Assembly (NCBI RefSeq): GCF_006345805.1
Contig: NC_043002.1
Span: 48,050,001-48,114,000, forward strand
Direction of reading: 5' to 3'
Length of the DNA: 64,000 bases
Origin: Octopus sinensis
Lineage: Eukaryota
In this document: positions 13,251-26,744 of the stretch, one piece after another
How positions within the stretch are numbered: the first letter of the stretch is position 1
How the letters are laid out: every line of letters begins with the position of its first letter
Notes under the pieces: generated by a model
The model's input: the letters and a program-made list of their open reading frames with translations, nothing else
What the model was told of the DNA's origin: nothing
Database searches by the model: none
Translations under genes and position numbers: made by a program

Positions 13251-13509
13251 ATGATACACATTCACACATATGTAAGTATGTATGTATGTGTGTATGTATC
13301 TATGTATCTATGTATGTGTGTGTGTCTGTGTCAAAGAACAAAGAGCAACATTAGTTTTCATTTTGGATTGAATTAAACCAATTATGAAAGTTCAATTATT
13401 CCACAGGGGTAAACATGATAATAATCTACTATTAGTTAAGAGACAGTTATAGATTTACTGTTCCATTGTCTGTTTTAGAAGTATTTATATGTTCATATAC
13501 ATATCTTTC

Positions 13510-13690
13510 TTTTTATTTTTTATCTTTTTACTTGTTTCAGTCATTAGACTGTGGTCATACTGGGGTGCCACTTTGAGAAAGTAGTAGTCAAATGAACTGA
13601 CCCCAGTACTTTTTTAAGCCAGGTACTTATACCATCGGTCTCTTTTGCTGAACTTCAAAAATTTACGTGGATGGTAGTGGGGGACAAAAA
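13510..13690 (-). mobile_element. SINE 3' portion
   Basis: tcttttacttgtttcagtcatt..gaccccagtactt..ggtactta, the reverse complement of the SINE tail. Confidence 0.6.
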
Positions 13691-13889
13691 CACACACACA
13701 CACACACACATGTATATGATATATATGTAAACAGAACAGATAAGGGAAGTGAGGTAAGAGAGTAAATGTTTATTACATTTGTTTACAGCTGTTTCATAAT
13801 CTTGTTAGTTTTGTAATAGATATTACATCAACATTAACATGCATATAAGGTGTATATATAAATATGTACATAAATATATATATATATAA

Positions 13890-15255
13890 GGACCCTTCAT
13901 ATGGTCAGAGATTTACAGACACCCTTACTGAGAAATTTGTTGAGAAGCTGGAGGAGCTACAAACTTGTGACATGGAGGGAAACTGGGAATTCCTGTGGGA
14001 CAGCTTGCTGAGTACCACAGACCAAATCTGTGGGTGGTGTAAAGTCCCAACTAGACCTAGGGTAATGTGATTGCAGAACATTACTGTAGACAGGACCATT
14101 AGAGCAAAGAAACAGGCCTGGAAGCCCTGGAAGAGTTGAGGTAGTAGGGAGCAGTATCAGATAGCCAGAAGAGAAGCTAGGAGACGGATATATCTAGTCA
14201 AGGGAGAAGCAGAAAAAGGAAGTTTTCCTATGTTCAGTGACCTGAGGACCAAAGAACTGAAGTGTTCAGATTGCAAGACAGTGTGTGAGAGAAAATTGTG
14301 ATGTCATAGAAGAGAAATGTGTCCACATGGATGATGATGCATTTGCATTTAGTGATTCTGCAAAGACAGAGGCTTGGAAATGTCATTATGAAAGATTGCT
14401 GGATGTAGAGAATGAACGGAAGAAGGGGAGTCTGCCAAATATTGACCGAACTGAGGGACCAGCTACCCAAATCAACAGTACTTTGGTAGATAAAGCAATT
14501 AAGGACATGAAGACAGGGAAAGCCTTCAGCCCTTCATAAATCACTGCTGAGATGCTTAAAATATCTGGTGGTGTAGATTATGGTCTAGTTACCTGTATTG
14601 TAAATCAGATGATTCATGAAGGAGTCATATCCAATGACTGATGTAGCAGCCCCATAGTCAGCTGCTACAAAGGCAAAAGTGATGCCTTAGGTAGAAATAA
14701 TTACAGAGGTATCAAATTGTTGGACTAGGTGATGAAAGTTACAGAGAGAATCATAGTCCAACTAATTAGTCTAGATGAGATGCTGTTTGGTTTTGTGCCA
14801 CTGATGCTATATTTCTGGTAAGGCAGCTGCAGGAGAAATACCTAGCCAAAGGTAAACCTCTTTAGCTTTTGTCGACTTGAAGAAAGCTTTTGAAAGGGTC
14901 CACTTATCCCTTATCTGGTTGTCAATGCAGAAACTAGGGATAGATGAATGGCTGGTGAGAGCTGTACAAGAGCCATGTACAGAGACACTACCAGTAAGGT
15001 GAGGATTGGCAATAAGTACTGAGAAGAATTCAGGGCACAAGCAGGGGTTCACCAAGGATTGTTCTTAAGCCATCTCTTGTTCATCATAGTCCTTCAGGCA
15101 ATAACAGAGGAATTTAAGACAGGCTGATCTTGGGAGCTCCTCCACACTGATGACCTTGTTCTTACAGCAGAATCACTACCAGAACTGGAGAAGTTTTAGG
15201 TATGGAAGCAAGTTCTAGAAGCAAAAGGACCTAGAGTTAACCTAGCAAAAAACCA
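13890..15255 (+). mobile_element. RTE-clade LINE RT fragment, decayed, truncated at both ends
   Basis: WKCHYERLLDVENE, YRGIKLLD, FGFVP, DAIFLVRQLQEKYLAKGKP, FVDLKKAFE, GVHQG, ELL(Y)xDDLVL, GPRVNLAKT. Confidence 0.85.
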
Positions 15256-15413
15256 AATTAGAAAACACTTCTTTACAGGATTCTTATAGTCCTTAAGAAT
15301 TTTGGTATCTCTGTGATGCAGATCTTGCAACGAGCACTTCCATTAATATACAGGCCCAGTCCCTTGATCTTTGAGGTGTCACACATGTGTATGTATATAT
15401 ATATATATATATG

Positions 15414-15740
15414 TTGAGACCCCCTTCAGTCATGACTGACCATGGGATTGCACCTAGAAAGTTACCCTCCCAGGCACAAGTCCAGGCAAGGTTGTTTATG
15501 GAAGATCAGCAGTTGGCCATGCATACCAGCCTTCCCTTTCCATGCAACTGATGTTATCCAAGGGAAAGGCAAAAGCCGATACAGCTTGCCACCTGTGACG
15601 TCTCAACTCATTTCTACACCTGAGTGAACTGGAGCAATGTGAAATAAAGTGTCTTGCTCATGCAGCCCAGTCCAGGATTCGAACTCACAACCTCACGATC
15701 TTAAGCCCAATGCTCTAACCACTGAGCCATGTGCTTTCAC
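15414..15740 (-). mobile_element. tRNA-derived SINE (second family)
   Basis: Minus head tggctcagtggttagagc..gagttcgaatcctgg (A and B boxes), then gagcaagacactttatttcacattgctccagt core; related copy at 43670. Confidence 0.75.
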
Positions 15741-15769
15741 ATACATATGTGTGTATATATGTATGTATG

Positions 15770-16310
15770 TATTTATACATACTTCTGCATTTGCTCCAAG
15801 AAGAAAGCAATCGTAGTCATTTTTCCTAGGTACAAAACCAAGATGCATTTCATTTAGTTTAACTCTCTAATTGAGCTATAACACTTTCTGTAAATTTGAT
15901 GATTAGATCCAGTAATCTGATACCTCTGTAATCTCTCTCAAAGCATCTTTGTAGAGAGTTACTCTTGTAACTATTGACTAGAATGCTGCTATGTAAATCA
16001 TTGGGTATGGGCTTCCTTTCCCACCTGATTGAATACACATCTAACTACGCTGTATATTATGCTGCTAAATACTTTAAACATCACAGCAGTAATTCCTGAT
16101 GAACCAGGAAATTTACCTGCCTTCATATTTTTAATTGCTTTAACAATATTGTTGTCAGCTAGAATAGATGCTCCCGCAGTTGGGTTCACACTAGGAAGAT
16201 ATTCTTTCTCATAGGCATTCTCAACATTTAGTAACCTTTCACAGCATCACTTCCACGCCTCTTTCTTTTTAGAATCACTAAGTGCAAGTGTACTCAGGGC
16301 CAGCCTTAGG
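15770..16310 (-). mobile_element. RTE-clade LINE RT fragment, inverted relative to the 13890 copy
   Basis: ERLLNVEN, VKAIKNMKAGKFPGSSGITAVMFK, DYRGIRLLD, MHLGFVPRK. Confidence 0.75.
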
Positions 16311-17526
16311 AGGTGAGGGGCCCAACTGGAAACAATTTTGGTGGTCCCAGGTTCTCAGTCAACTCATACCTCAGAAATTCCCTCCACCCCAACCATGGAA
16401 TTATTTTTTTTCGTTGTTTTGTTTTCAGATGCTATCAACTAATTTCGCCTCCTAATACACTGCAGAGAACATTTTTTCCCCTTTGGGGCATTTAGGTGAT
16501 CAGAATAGAAGCTGTTTTGTATGTTTAATAACTGCTATTTTTAGTATACAAAACAGCCACATTAAGGATGGGCTGCCTTTCAGTTTATTTAAAACAGAGC
16601 ATAACGATTCTGTATGTGTGTATGTGTGTGTGTGCATATGTGTTTGTATATATATATATATGTTTGTGTGTATATGTGTGTGTGAGTATGATGCATATGA
16701 GTGTATGTATGTGTCTGTATCTATCTATATCTATATATATATATATGGCACTGTGTTGGTGTCGTGTAAAAGCATCCAGTCCACGCTATAAAGTAGTGGT
16801 GTTAGGAAAGGTATCCAGCCATTGAAACTATGCTACTGTGTGGTGACACATAAAAACACTCAGTCCACGGTGTAAAGTGGTGGCATTTAGAAGGGTATCC
16901 AACAGCAAAAACCATGCCAAACCAGACAGGTGCCAGATGTATATGTGTATATATATATATGTGTGTGTATGTGTGGTAACTTTCTGAAACATGGATAATT
17001 TGTTAATAAAGTTTTCTACATGTAGATTACGATTATATTGGAATTTGTTGTGTAAAACATTTTTCTTCCTCCTTTAAATAAACTCAAAGGTAGCCGGTCT
17101 TTAACATGGTTGTTTAGTATGCTAGAAATAGCAGTTATTAGGCATAAAAAAACAGCCACTATACGCAGCAAAGGTGGGGAAAAGCCCTTTGCAGTATATT
17201 AGGAGCCAAGATTAGCTGATAGTGCACACACAAAAAAAAAAAACGAGGAAGAAATATAACTCCGAAATGAGAGGAGGATTGCTGTATATTAGATGAGATT
17301 AGTTGATAGCACAAGAATAAAGAAAAATGAGGAAAAATATTATTTCTCATCCAAATCAAGTTGGGTGTTGTTAAACTATAAATTTAAACTACATCTAAAT
17401 TACACCTTTTAAATTACGCCTTTTAAAAATTATTAATTAGAATTTTTCAGAAGCTATATACATTTTATTGAAATATATATACACTATATTGAAATAATAA
17501 AGTTTTCCCCAAATTAAACACATTCA

Positions 17527-17573
<47 letters not shown>

Positions 17574-17809
17574 TATACACACAAACACACACATATATAT
17601 AAAAAACACTTTATTGAAATAAAGTTTCCCTAAAATTAAACATATACAAACACACACATACAAGCACGCAACATATACAAACATATACATATATATATCA
17701 TATATATATACATACACTGTATTGCAATAAAAATGTTTCCTCCAAAATTAAACATATTTATAGAAACTGACACACACCAAACATGTATATATATATGTAT
17801 ATATATGTA

Positions 17810-18347
17810 TGGTTTCTGCCGGAGTCTCCTTCCATTCACAAGTTCTCCATAGAGCATCTGCTTAGGAATCCTTCTATCCTCCATTCTAATAAGGTGTCCA
17901 TTCCAACGCAGGAGGATAGAAGGATTCCTAAGCAGATGCTCTATGGAGAACTTCTGAATGGAAGGAGACTCCGGCAGAAACCAAGGCTGCGATTTAAGGA
18001 CTGTGTCAAGTCCTCGTTAAAGGCCTTTGATATGCAGGACACTGACTGGGAGAACAATGCTTGTCATCGCCACAGATGGAGGAAGCAGGTTAAGGAGGGG
18101 ATCGACACTTTTGAGAGAGCACGTATCCAGCATGAAGAACTTAAGCGAGCTGCGCGAAAGCGCACGGCTCGTATAGTGAATGGGGAAAGCTTGGTCTGCA
18201 ATGTTTGCAGTCGTGTATGCTTGTCATGAGCAGGGCTCATTAGCCACCAACGGAGCCGCAAATGCAAAATATAAGTTAGTCCTAGAGCGCACAATGTTCC
18301 TGAAGGTCGGCAATGGTCTTCCTCGGTCACGAGTGGACGGCCATCAT
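17810..18347 (+). mobile_element. Young BovB-like RTE 3' end with inverted 5' segment
   Basis: [40 protein letters not shown] (C-terminal zinc finger with an in-frame TGA, probably from CGA). 17810-17910 is the inverted LRWNGHLIRMEDRRIPKQ segment. Confidence 0.85.
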
Positions 18348-19199
18348 TATATGTGTATATATATATATGTATATATATGTATATATGTATATACATATAT
18401 ACATATATATATATATATGTATATATATATGCATACATATATATGTAGGTGCGTGTGTGTATATATATATTGATATATATATTGCATCATCCCATAAATA
18501 ATGTGGTTTTTAAAATTGCATGAACTAAAATTCGGACATGGATGGGATAAGCTACCAAGTTGCTATAAAAGCAGGTAGTAATTTTATCTTGTACTTATTC
18601 TTAGTGCAAGTTCTGAAAAGTGCTGTTTTACCCACATACATACTCTCACAGACACAAATATTTTACCCAAACATCCCCATAAACACTCCCAAACATTCAC
18701 ATACAAACATACGACCCTTACACTAAAAATACAATAAGTTTCTTCAAATCCAGCAGCTAACCCAAGCTGGGTTTATCTTTTGATATCTTGTGTTGCTAAA
18801 GTGTAGAAAGTATGTTTTTTTCTTTTTCTTTGAAAGACCATGTGGATTTTTTTAAAAGACATCAGGAAGACCATCTTTATGAAATGTTGCAGTATAGAAT
18901 GTGGCCCTTTGAGGATAGGGCCTCTTTTGGTACAGGGCCCAATTGGGAGAATCAGCCCAATCAGCTTAATACAGGCCCTGAGTATACCTATACATCTATA
19001 CACACCTATCTCACATATCTTGATTTTCTGATATGTTATTGCCTTGCAATCAAGAACACTACATGTTTCAATCTTTATAAAGTAGAAACCTCTCACTTTC
19101 TACTTCTCTCCTTGCTAAACAAACCTGTTGCCTAGTTTCTCCTTAAGCTACCTCATGTAATTCTCTGCTATCCTATTTCTTCCAATCATTCTAAGCCTG

Positions 19200-19695
19200 T
19201 CTCTTAACTTTTATGGCTCTGTCTACTTCCCTGTTCTATCACATTACCCTTGGTCTAGCTAGTACTTTGCAGTTGTCACAAATTTAGTATACAGCTCTCA
19301 ATAGGTTGTTCCCTGGGAACTGATAGTTGTCCTCCTTGTTATATGTCTCCATCTCATTTTTCTTCTCTTTAAATGCTTCAACTATTACTTCTCTAAATCT
19401 CTAACTGTTGAATGCACCTTTGTACTTCCATAACTTCCTTTTCCAGACTGGTTTGTATCTCTGAATTCTTGTAGTTCTATGTCTAAAGTTACTAACCAAA
19501 ACCCTATGCTGCATTGTACATTCTTCACTAGGAAAGAATTTTGCATTTGCAACCATCTGTCTGTTTCACATTCTGGTGAGATAGTCCATCTGGATTGTGT
19601 GCTTAACAGATTTGTAAGTGATAGAAGACTGGCTGGTTTCCTGAAATTAGCGTTGCAGATCATCAGGTCATTTGCTTCATAGAGTTTCAGCAATC
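19200..19695 (-). mobile_element. RTE APE-endonuclease fragment
   Basis: EANDLMICNANFRKPAS, QMDY, DRW, EECTMQHRVLVSNFR, WKRKLWK across frames. Confidence 0.65.
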
Positions 19696-19858
19696 ACACA
19701 CGCTCACAATATTTGTACATATATATATATATATACATATACAAGCATATACACACACAATATGTATGTGTATATATGCGTGCATGGTTGTGTGTGTATT
19801 TGTGTGCATGTATGTAGGTATAAATACACATATACGCTCATACACACAGAGGCCTTAC

Positions 19859-19951
19859 TGTAAGTAATGCAAAAGTAGAATAACTCTTTCAGTAACAGAC
19901 AGAGATTGTAATTCTTCTTCTGTAGAGAGTCTTCTTCATTGCTGGCAAATA
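19859..19951 (-). CDS. Candidate 93-nt internal exon (xFASNEEDSLQKKNYNLCLLLKELFYFCITY); alternative 61-nt form from 19919 (EELQSLSVTERVILLLHYL)
   Basis: catttctgttttgactcag| acceptor and |gtaagg donor, open in phase 1-1, compatible with the phase-1 end of the 29851 exon. No homology recognised. Confidence 0.3.
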
Positions 19952-20619
19952 CTGAGTCAAAACAGAAATGTCTTTATTGAGTACTGGATGAAGGTAGTTT
20001 ATGAGAAATGCATAGACAGATGAAAAAAATCACAGTGTTTGACCATAAACACTGACATGAGTTATTAGTGAGTTCAACTGATTCATGCAGGCAGATGAGC
20101 TTACTGCTCAAGTATTACTCTGATTACAATGTATTATAGAAAATGATACACATCTATGGGTATTAGAAAGTGTGCAAACTGAGAATGTCATCTGTTGATA
20201 CAGAAATTGCAGGAAAGGGGGACGTCGTCATATATATATACACATATATATATATATATATGTATACTCATAAAGCAAAATATGCTGAATATGTCACTTC
20301 CATTATAGATTTGAAAAACTAACTGTTAAAATAAAACTGCACTCTTCAGAACTTGCACTAAGAAGAAGTACAACATAAAATTACTACCTGCTTTTATAGC
20401 AAGTTGATGCAGGCAGTTTATCCCATCCCTGTCAGAATTTTAGTTTATGCAATTGTAAAAACCACATTATTAATAAGATGATGCAATATATATATATATT
20501 GGATGCTCAGGAAAGAAGGAAAGAAGGAGGGTTTAACGTTTCGAGTGGAGCTCTTCGTCAGAAACATAGGAGAAGGAAAGATCCAGAGAAGGGAAGACAG
20601 AGGAAAAAAAGTCACCAAC

Positions 20620-20990
20620 GAGGTCACATACACACATATATATATACACATATATATATATAATATATATATATACATATATACACACATATATACACAT
20701 ATATATACATACATATATATATATACACACATATACATATATATATAGACATGTATATACACACACACACATTATATATCATATATATACACATATATAT
20801 ATACATATATATATACACATATATATATACATATATACATACATATATATAATATATATACCCTATCACCATCATCATCGTTTAACGTCCACTTTCCATG
20901 CTACCATGGGTTGGACATATACATATATATAAATATATATATACAATATATACAACATGTATACACATATATACATATATAAATATATAT

Positions 20991-21021
<31 letters not shown>

Positions 21022-21410
21022 CACACTCACATAAATACATATATAAACATAATACATATATATACACATACATATATATATATATATATACACAAACATA
21101 TATATATAGATACATATATATATATATATATATACAAACATATATATATATATATATACACAAACATATATATATATAATTACACAAACATAATATATAC
21201 ACAACATATATATATAGATACATATATATATATATATATATATATACAAACATATATATATACATACATATATATATATATATATATAACATACATATAA
21301 TTACATATATATATATACATATATATATATACATATATATATATACATATGTATATATATATACAATATATATACATATATGCATATATATACATACATA
21401 TATACATACA
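20620..21410. repeat. Compound (TA)/(CA) microsatellite field
   Basis: Direct reading; source of many spurious YI-rich ORFs. Confidence 0.9.
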
Positions 21411-22139
21411 TCCACCTAAATTTGAAAAACTTGTAATTGTTTAAATCAAATTTATTTACGTATATACCAAACTAGTTTCAACAGTATGTTTTGTTTATCA
21501 ATAGCAAAAAATTTTAATTATGAATTAGGAAAACATGTTCAAAAGTTTCAATGTTGACAAATTAAAATGTTCCGAACAGACAAATTTAGAATTATGAATT
21601 AGAGAGACATGTTCAGAAATTTCTATGTTGACAAGTTTAAATGTTCATAACAGTCAATAATATTAAAACTGTACATCAATTTGTTTGAATGTACAAAGCT
21701 CATTAGTGTTAGTAGTGATCGACAAGAAATGAATACCATCAAAGTTTCAGTGATATTGAGTTAAGAGGGAAAAAAACAAGAGAGAAATGAAGATAGTAAA
21801 AAAAAAATGGTTATTTGGTTTACAATTTCACTGATCCTCTTCTTCTTGTATGTAGGAACTTTCGCTTGTAGCGGTGTGTTTTGGAATCTGGTGTATTCAT
21901 AATATTTTTGATGAGTGCATCTGATTTTTGATTCGTTAAATTACTGGTAATGTCTTGTTTTTCTGGTGGTCAAGTTTGCCATTCTGACTGGTTGGCATCC
22001 TTGGGGGAACAGTCATCAGTCATTCTGCTTGACAGCCAAAAACTGAAGCAAATGCAATTCCAGGTCATCATCATTACTGAAAGTTTTACAATTCAAACAC
22101 TTTTGCAAACTTCGAAATAATTGGTAATCTGATGGTGCA

Positions 22140-22900
22140 AGGCTGTGACATCAGCTCCAATAATTTTTCATGTGTTAGCAAAGTTGTGTGTGGTCTAGTG
22201 TTGTCATGGTGGAACATGATTCCTTTATGATTTGCCATTTCTAGCTGTTTTACTTTGATTGCTGCCTCCGGTTTTATTAGTTGTTGACAGTAAACATCTG
22301 AATTGATTGTTTGACTCCTTGGATGCAGCTCAAAATACACAACACCTTTGTAATCCCACTAAATTGACAGCATGACCTTTTTTTGATGTAATTCAGCTTT
22401 TGATGTGGTTTCTCCTGGTTCATTATGTTTGAACTATGATCATTTTTTATTGATGTTATTGTAGACAATCCATTTTTCATCACCAGTGATGATTTGTTTC
22501 AAAAACAGGTCAATTTCATTATGCTTAAGATGCATATCGCAAATATTAATTCGTTGTGTTAAGTGAACCACTTTCAATTTATGTGGAACCCATATATTGA
22601 GCTTCTTAATGAGTCCAAAACATTTTCAGTGATTTTCAATTGTGTTTGATACATTTAACCTCTCTGTAAACTTTCACACAGTTATGACAATAAGATTTAA
22701 TTAGGGCTTTGACTCAGTCATCATCAACTTCAGTAGGTCGACCAGAATCTTGGTCAATTTTGAGTGAAAAATTTTTAAAAACCATTTCTCATATGTGTGT
22801 CCTGTTAAGCAATCAACACCATAAGCTTCACATACCTCTTTGTGAGCCTCAGCAACTTTTTGCCTTTACATGAACAAAAAAGTAAAAATATGGCGAACAT
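22140..22900 (-). mobile_element. mariner (DD34D-type) transposase fragment, decayed
   Basis: FLKQIITGDEKWIVYNN, LHQKKVMLSI.WDYKGVVYFEL, TINSDVYCQQL, MFHHDNTRPHT; truncated before the third Asp. Confidence 0.85.
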
Positions 22901-24819
22901 ATGAATATCTCAAAAACATGTGGAATATCCCCATCACTGGAGACAGATGGTGAGAAAGTGAGAGGGTATAGATTATGGAAACGATGGAGAGAAAAAGGAA
23001 AATATATATATATAAATGTTCATAGTTTAAGGTTCCTATAGTTTAAGGTGCTAATCCATTATTAAATTTTGATATGCAAGTATTCTTCCTGGAAATCTAC
23101 AGTATGAGGAATGTTATTTTACCTGGATTTACATTGGATTGTACCTAATAGCTCATGGATTAACACTATTGGAAACTTAAGCTGTGAACTTCTATAAATA
23201 TTTTTTACCTTTTCTCTTTCTCCTAAGTCTCTCCACTGTTTTCATTGAGGCCTTGCTTGCTAGATCAACTGGCTATCAAATAAAGCTCAATATTCTTCTA
23301 GCCATCACTTATATCTTTTTAACCAAATCCATAGATCTATGCAGGATTGCGCCTAAGGACTCATGCTCTTGTTTCTATAAATTCGGAAAGTTAAACTATG
23401 AAATTTTATGCTTCCTTTCTCTTTATTTTTTCTCCTGAGTTTTTTACTCCCTTTCTGTATGTCATCATCACATTAATATATACCATTCTCATTTCCCTAT
23501 TTTTTCCCTATTTGTCTCTCATGACGGAATATGCCATACTCAGGTATATACCAGAAACAGCTGTAAGACTTTGAAATTTTTCAATGATAACATTGTATAC
23601 AACTTGAGATGTTTGCCTTGTCTTAAGGTTTGTTGTCCTCTAGCAATTATATACATATATATATACACACACACACACATATATATATATGCACACAAAT
23701 ATATACATACATATATATGTATATAAACATAGATAAACATATATATGCATATATATATACATATATATATGCATAAGTATACACACACATATATATATAT
23801 ACAGGTATATATATATACATACATGTATATATACATACATATATATACATATATATATTTGTTCATTTGCATATAAACACACACACACATATATATGTAT
23901 GTATTTATATGGATGTCTGTGTACATATATATCCAGTTAATGATTTGAAATGCCAAATTTAAATTAGTGGCTCTGAGGAGGCAGATGCAATAACCATGAT
24001 GAACTCTGATCTCTTGGGCTTAAATACACTTTAATTTACTCACAAATTACATGCATGTACACACACATACACACTTAAAGACACATTTATGAATAAACTT
24101 GCATGTATGCACATATATATGCATTTATACATATATTTTATATGCATAAAGAATATAATTATTCGTATGCACATATATATGAATATATACATATGCACCT
24201 AAAATTACATATATGCACACGTACATATTATGTATATATACACACATACACATATATATATACACACATATACACAAACATATGAATATCTATCTATCTG
24301 TCTCTTATATATATTTATATATGTATACACACACTTCTATGCATATATTTTTACACATTTACACACAGTGGTATATGCAAATATATGTAATATTTATCTG
24401 ATTCATGCTTGCTTGTGTTTTAACAATGTTCATGAAAGTCAATGCCCTTCCAGATGCCAACCCGCACCTATCTCCAAGCAAGATCATACTTTCATTTAGC
24501 TAGATATGTTTCTGTAGAACATTGGAAATAGATATCACTGCTTGTATGACAGTGACACTCATTTACAACTACCTCACAGCTATGCACACAGACATGGATA
24601 TTCAACTTCAAACACATACAATATTCACACATATACAATATTAATAAAATACAGAATACATATAAATATCTGGTATTTTATTATTATTATTAGACATGTA
24701 TTACACACACAAGTCTCTCTTGCGGTTTGATGCCCCACATCTATTATACCACACAAGATATAGTAGTGAAATGTGAAACCTGCTTGTGACCCTAACTTTC
24801 TTATTCATACTTGCAGTCA

Positions 24820-25010
24820 TGGCAGATACCGGTGTCATGCAACTTGGAACCCATGCTGGTGGCATGTAAAAGCACCCATTACACTATTGGAGGGGTTTGT
24901 GTTTGGAAGGGCATCCAGCCATAGAAAACCATGCCAAATCAAACTGGAGTCTGGTGCAGCCGACTCCTATGCCAGCATGGACAATGGACGTTAAATGACG
25001 ATGATGATGA
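24820..25010 (+). mobile_element. RTE-tail-related short element
   Basis: gtaaaagcaccc..gaagggcatccagcc..gcatggacaatggacgttaaatgacgatgat, family shared with 10690, 20870, 27880, 29095 and 56683. Confidence 0.6.
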
Positions 25011-25039
25011 CGATATATATATATATATATATATATGTG

Positions 25040-25325
25040 CAAGCATGGCTCTGTGGTTGGAATTTTGCTTCCCAACCACATGATACTGGATTTTGTCCCA
25101 CTGCATAGTACTTCGGGCAAAGTGTCTTCTACTATAGCCTTGGGCTGACCAAAGCCTCATGACTGGATTTGGTAGATGGAAACCGAAAGAAGCCCACCAT
25201 AAAAGAGATCGATAGAATAAGTACCAGCCTTGAAAATAAGAACTAGGGTCAATTAGTATGCCTAAAATTCCTGAAGGCAGTGGCCCAGCATAGCTGCAGT
25301 CTAATGACTAAAACAAGTAAAAGAA
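25040..25325 (+). mobile_element. tRNA-derived SINE
   Basis: gcatggctctgtggtt..ccaaccacatg..gggcaaagtgtcttctactatagcc..ataagtaccag..caagtaaaagaataaa. Confidence 0.7.
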
Positions 25326-25554
25326 TAAAGGAATACATATATATAAATATGTGTGTGTGTGTAAGTATGTATATATGAATAATATATTTGTGATAATATA
25401 TATATATAATTATAAATAATGAAATGATACATACATATGTGTGATTATATCTAGATATACATATATAAATATATATATATAAATAACATTTTTATAAACA
25501 AACCTGGAGAATAAATATCATTATGATATAAATTATATACAGTATATATATATA

Positions 25555-25850
25555 TTCTTTTACTTGTTTCAGTCATTTAACTGCAGCTATGCTGGAGCAC
25601 CGCCTTGAATCAAGCAAATCGACCCCAGGACTTATTCATTGTTAGCCTAGTACTTATTTTATCAATCCCTTTTGCTGAACCGCTAAGTTATAGTGACGTA
25701 AACACACCAGTATTGGTTGTCAAGCGATGGTGGGGAGACAAACATAGACACTCAAACACACACACACACACACACATATATACGACGGGCTTCTTTCAGT
25801 TTCTGTTTACCAAATCCACTCACAAGGCTTTGGTCAGACCAAGGATATAT
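25555..25850 (-). mobile_element. tRNA-derived SINE
   Basis: Reverse-complement SINE tail and core (cgacgggcttctttcagtt..caaggctttggtc). Confidence 0.7.
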
Positions 25851-25873
25851 TTCACACCTTCTATTAATTAACT

Positions 25874-25917
<44 letters not shown>

Positions 25918-26629
25918 AACCTTTAACACTACTTTTCAATCTACCTCTTATTACCTATATTCCAAACATTGTCTCTCTAGTCTCTCACCTACAGTGCTCT
26001 GCAAATCCAATATAACCTGTTTCAGATCTTGATGAAGTATACAACTGAAGCTGATATAGCTGAGAAACAGACCTTCTCAATGAGTCCAGCTACCTAATTC
26101 TTCTTATTACTGATGTTACTTTGTCCCTCTCACCTTCATAGAAATCCCTCACATTACTCTTCTATTCTTCTCAGTGTCAATTATTCAAAACACAGGACTG
26201 TTCCCTCTATTATTTTCTCCTTTACCAATTCTTCTGCAATGAATTTATATCTCTCATCATATAGGGTTTCTTTTCCTTTACAAGTTGCAAGGTAACACCA
26301 ACAGTATTGGTGATTAAGAAAGCACACCATACCTTCTCTAAATTGCTGGTATTTAATTCAAATAATTCAAGCAATGGGTCACAGGACTTGAGAGGGCTGA
26401 GCACAGGGCAACCAGCATATATGCTGGCACCACAAAAATAAAAATGTATCAAGAAGACTCTGTAAAGTGGTTGGAGTTACAAGTATCCAGGTAAAGTAAT
26501 CATGCCAGAACATGGCATTGATGTAAAATAGCATCCAACGACCCCACTGAATCACATTAAACTGTCTTAGCAATGCCACCATGGAATACTTGTTGAAAAG
26601 TGATGACTTATAATTGACAAAATACGTGT

Positions 26630-26687
26630 ATGAACACACACATACAAGTATACATATATGCTTAAGTACATACTTGTGTGTGTGTGT

Positions 26688-26744
<57 letters not shown>

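Noticed and set aside
18812-19135. 107-aa ORF after an acceptor-like tract (DHVDFFKRHQED...)
   Set aside because: Overlaps a cagggcc..gggccc MITE-type end; no donor or domain.
20103-20195. Minus-strand segment with strong acceptor and gtaagc donor
   Set aside because: Stops in all frames and downstream of the proposed start; at best a cryptic or poison exon, with no evidence.
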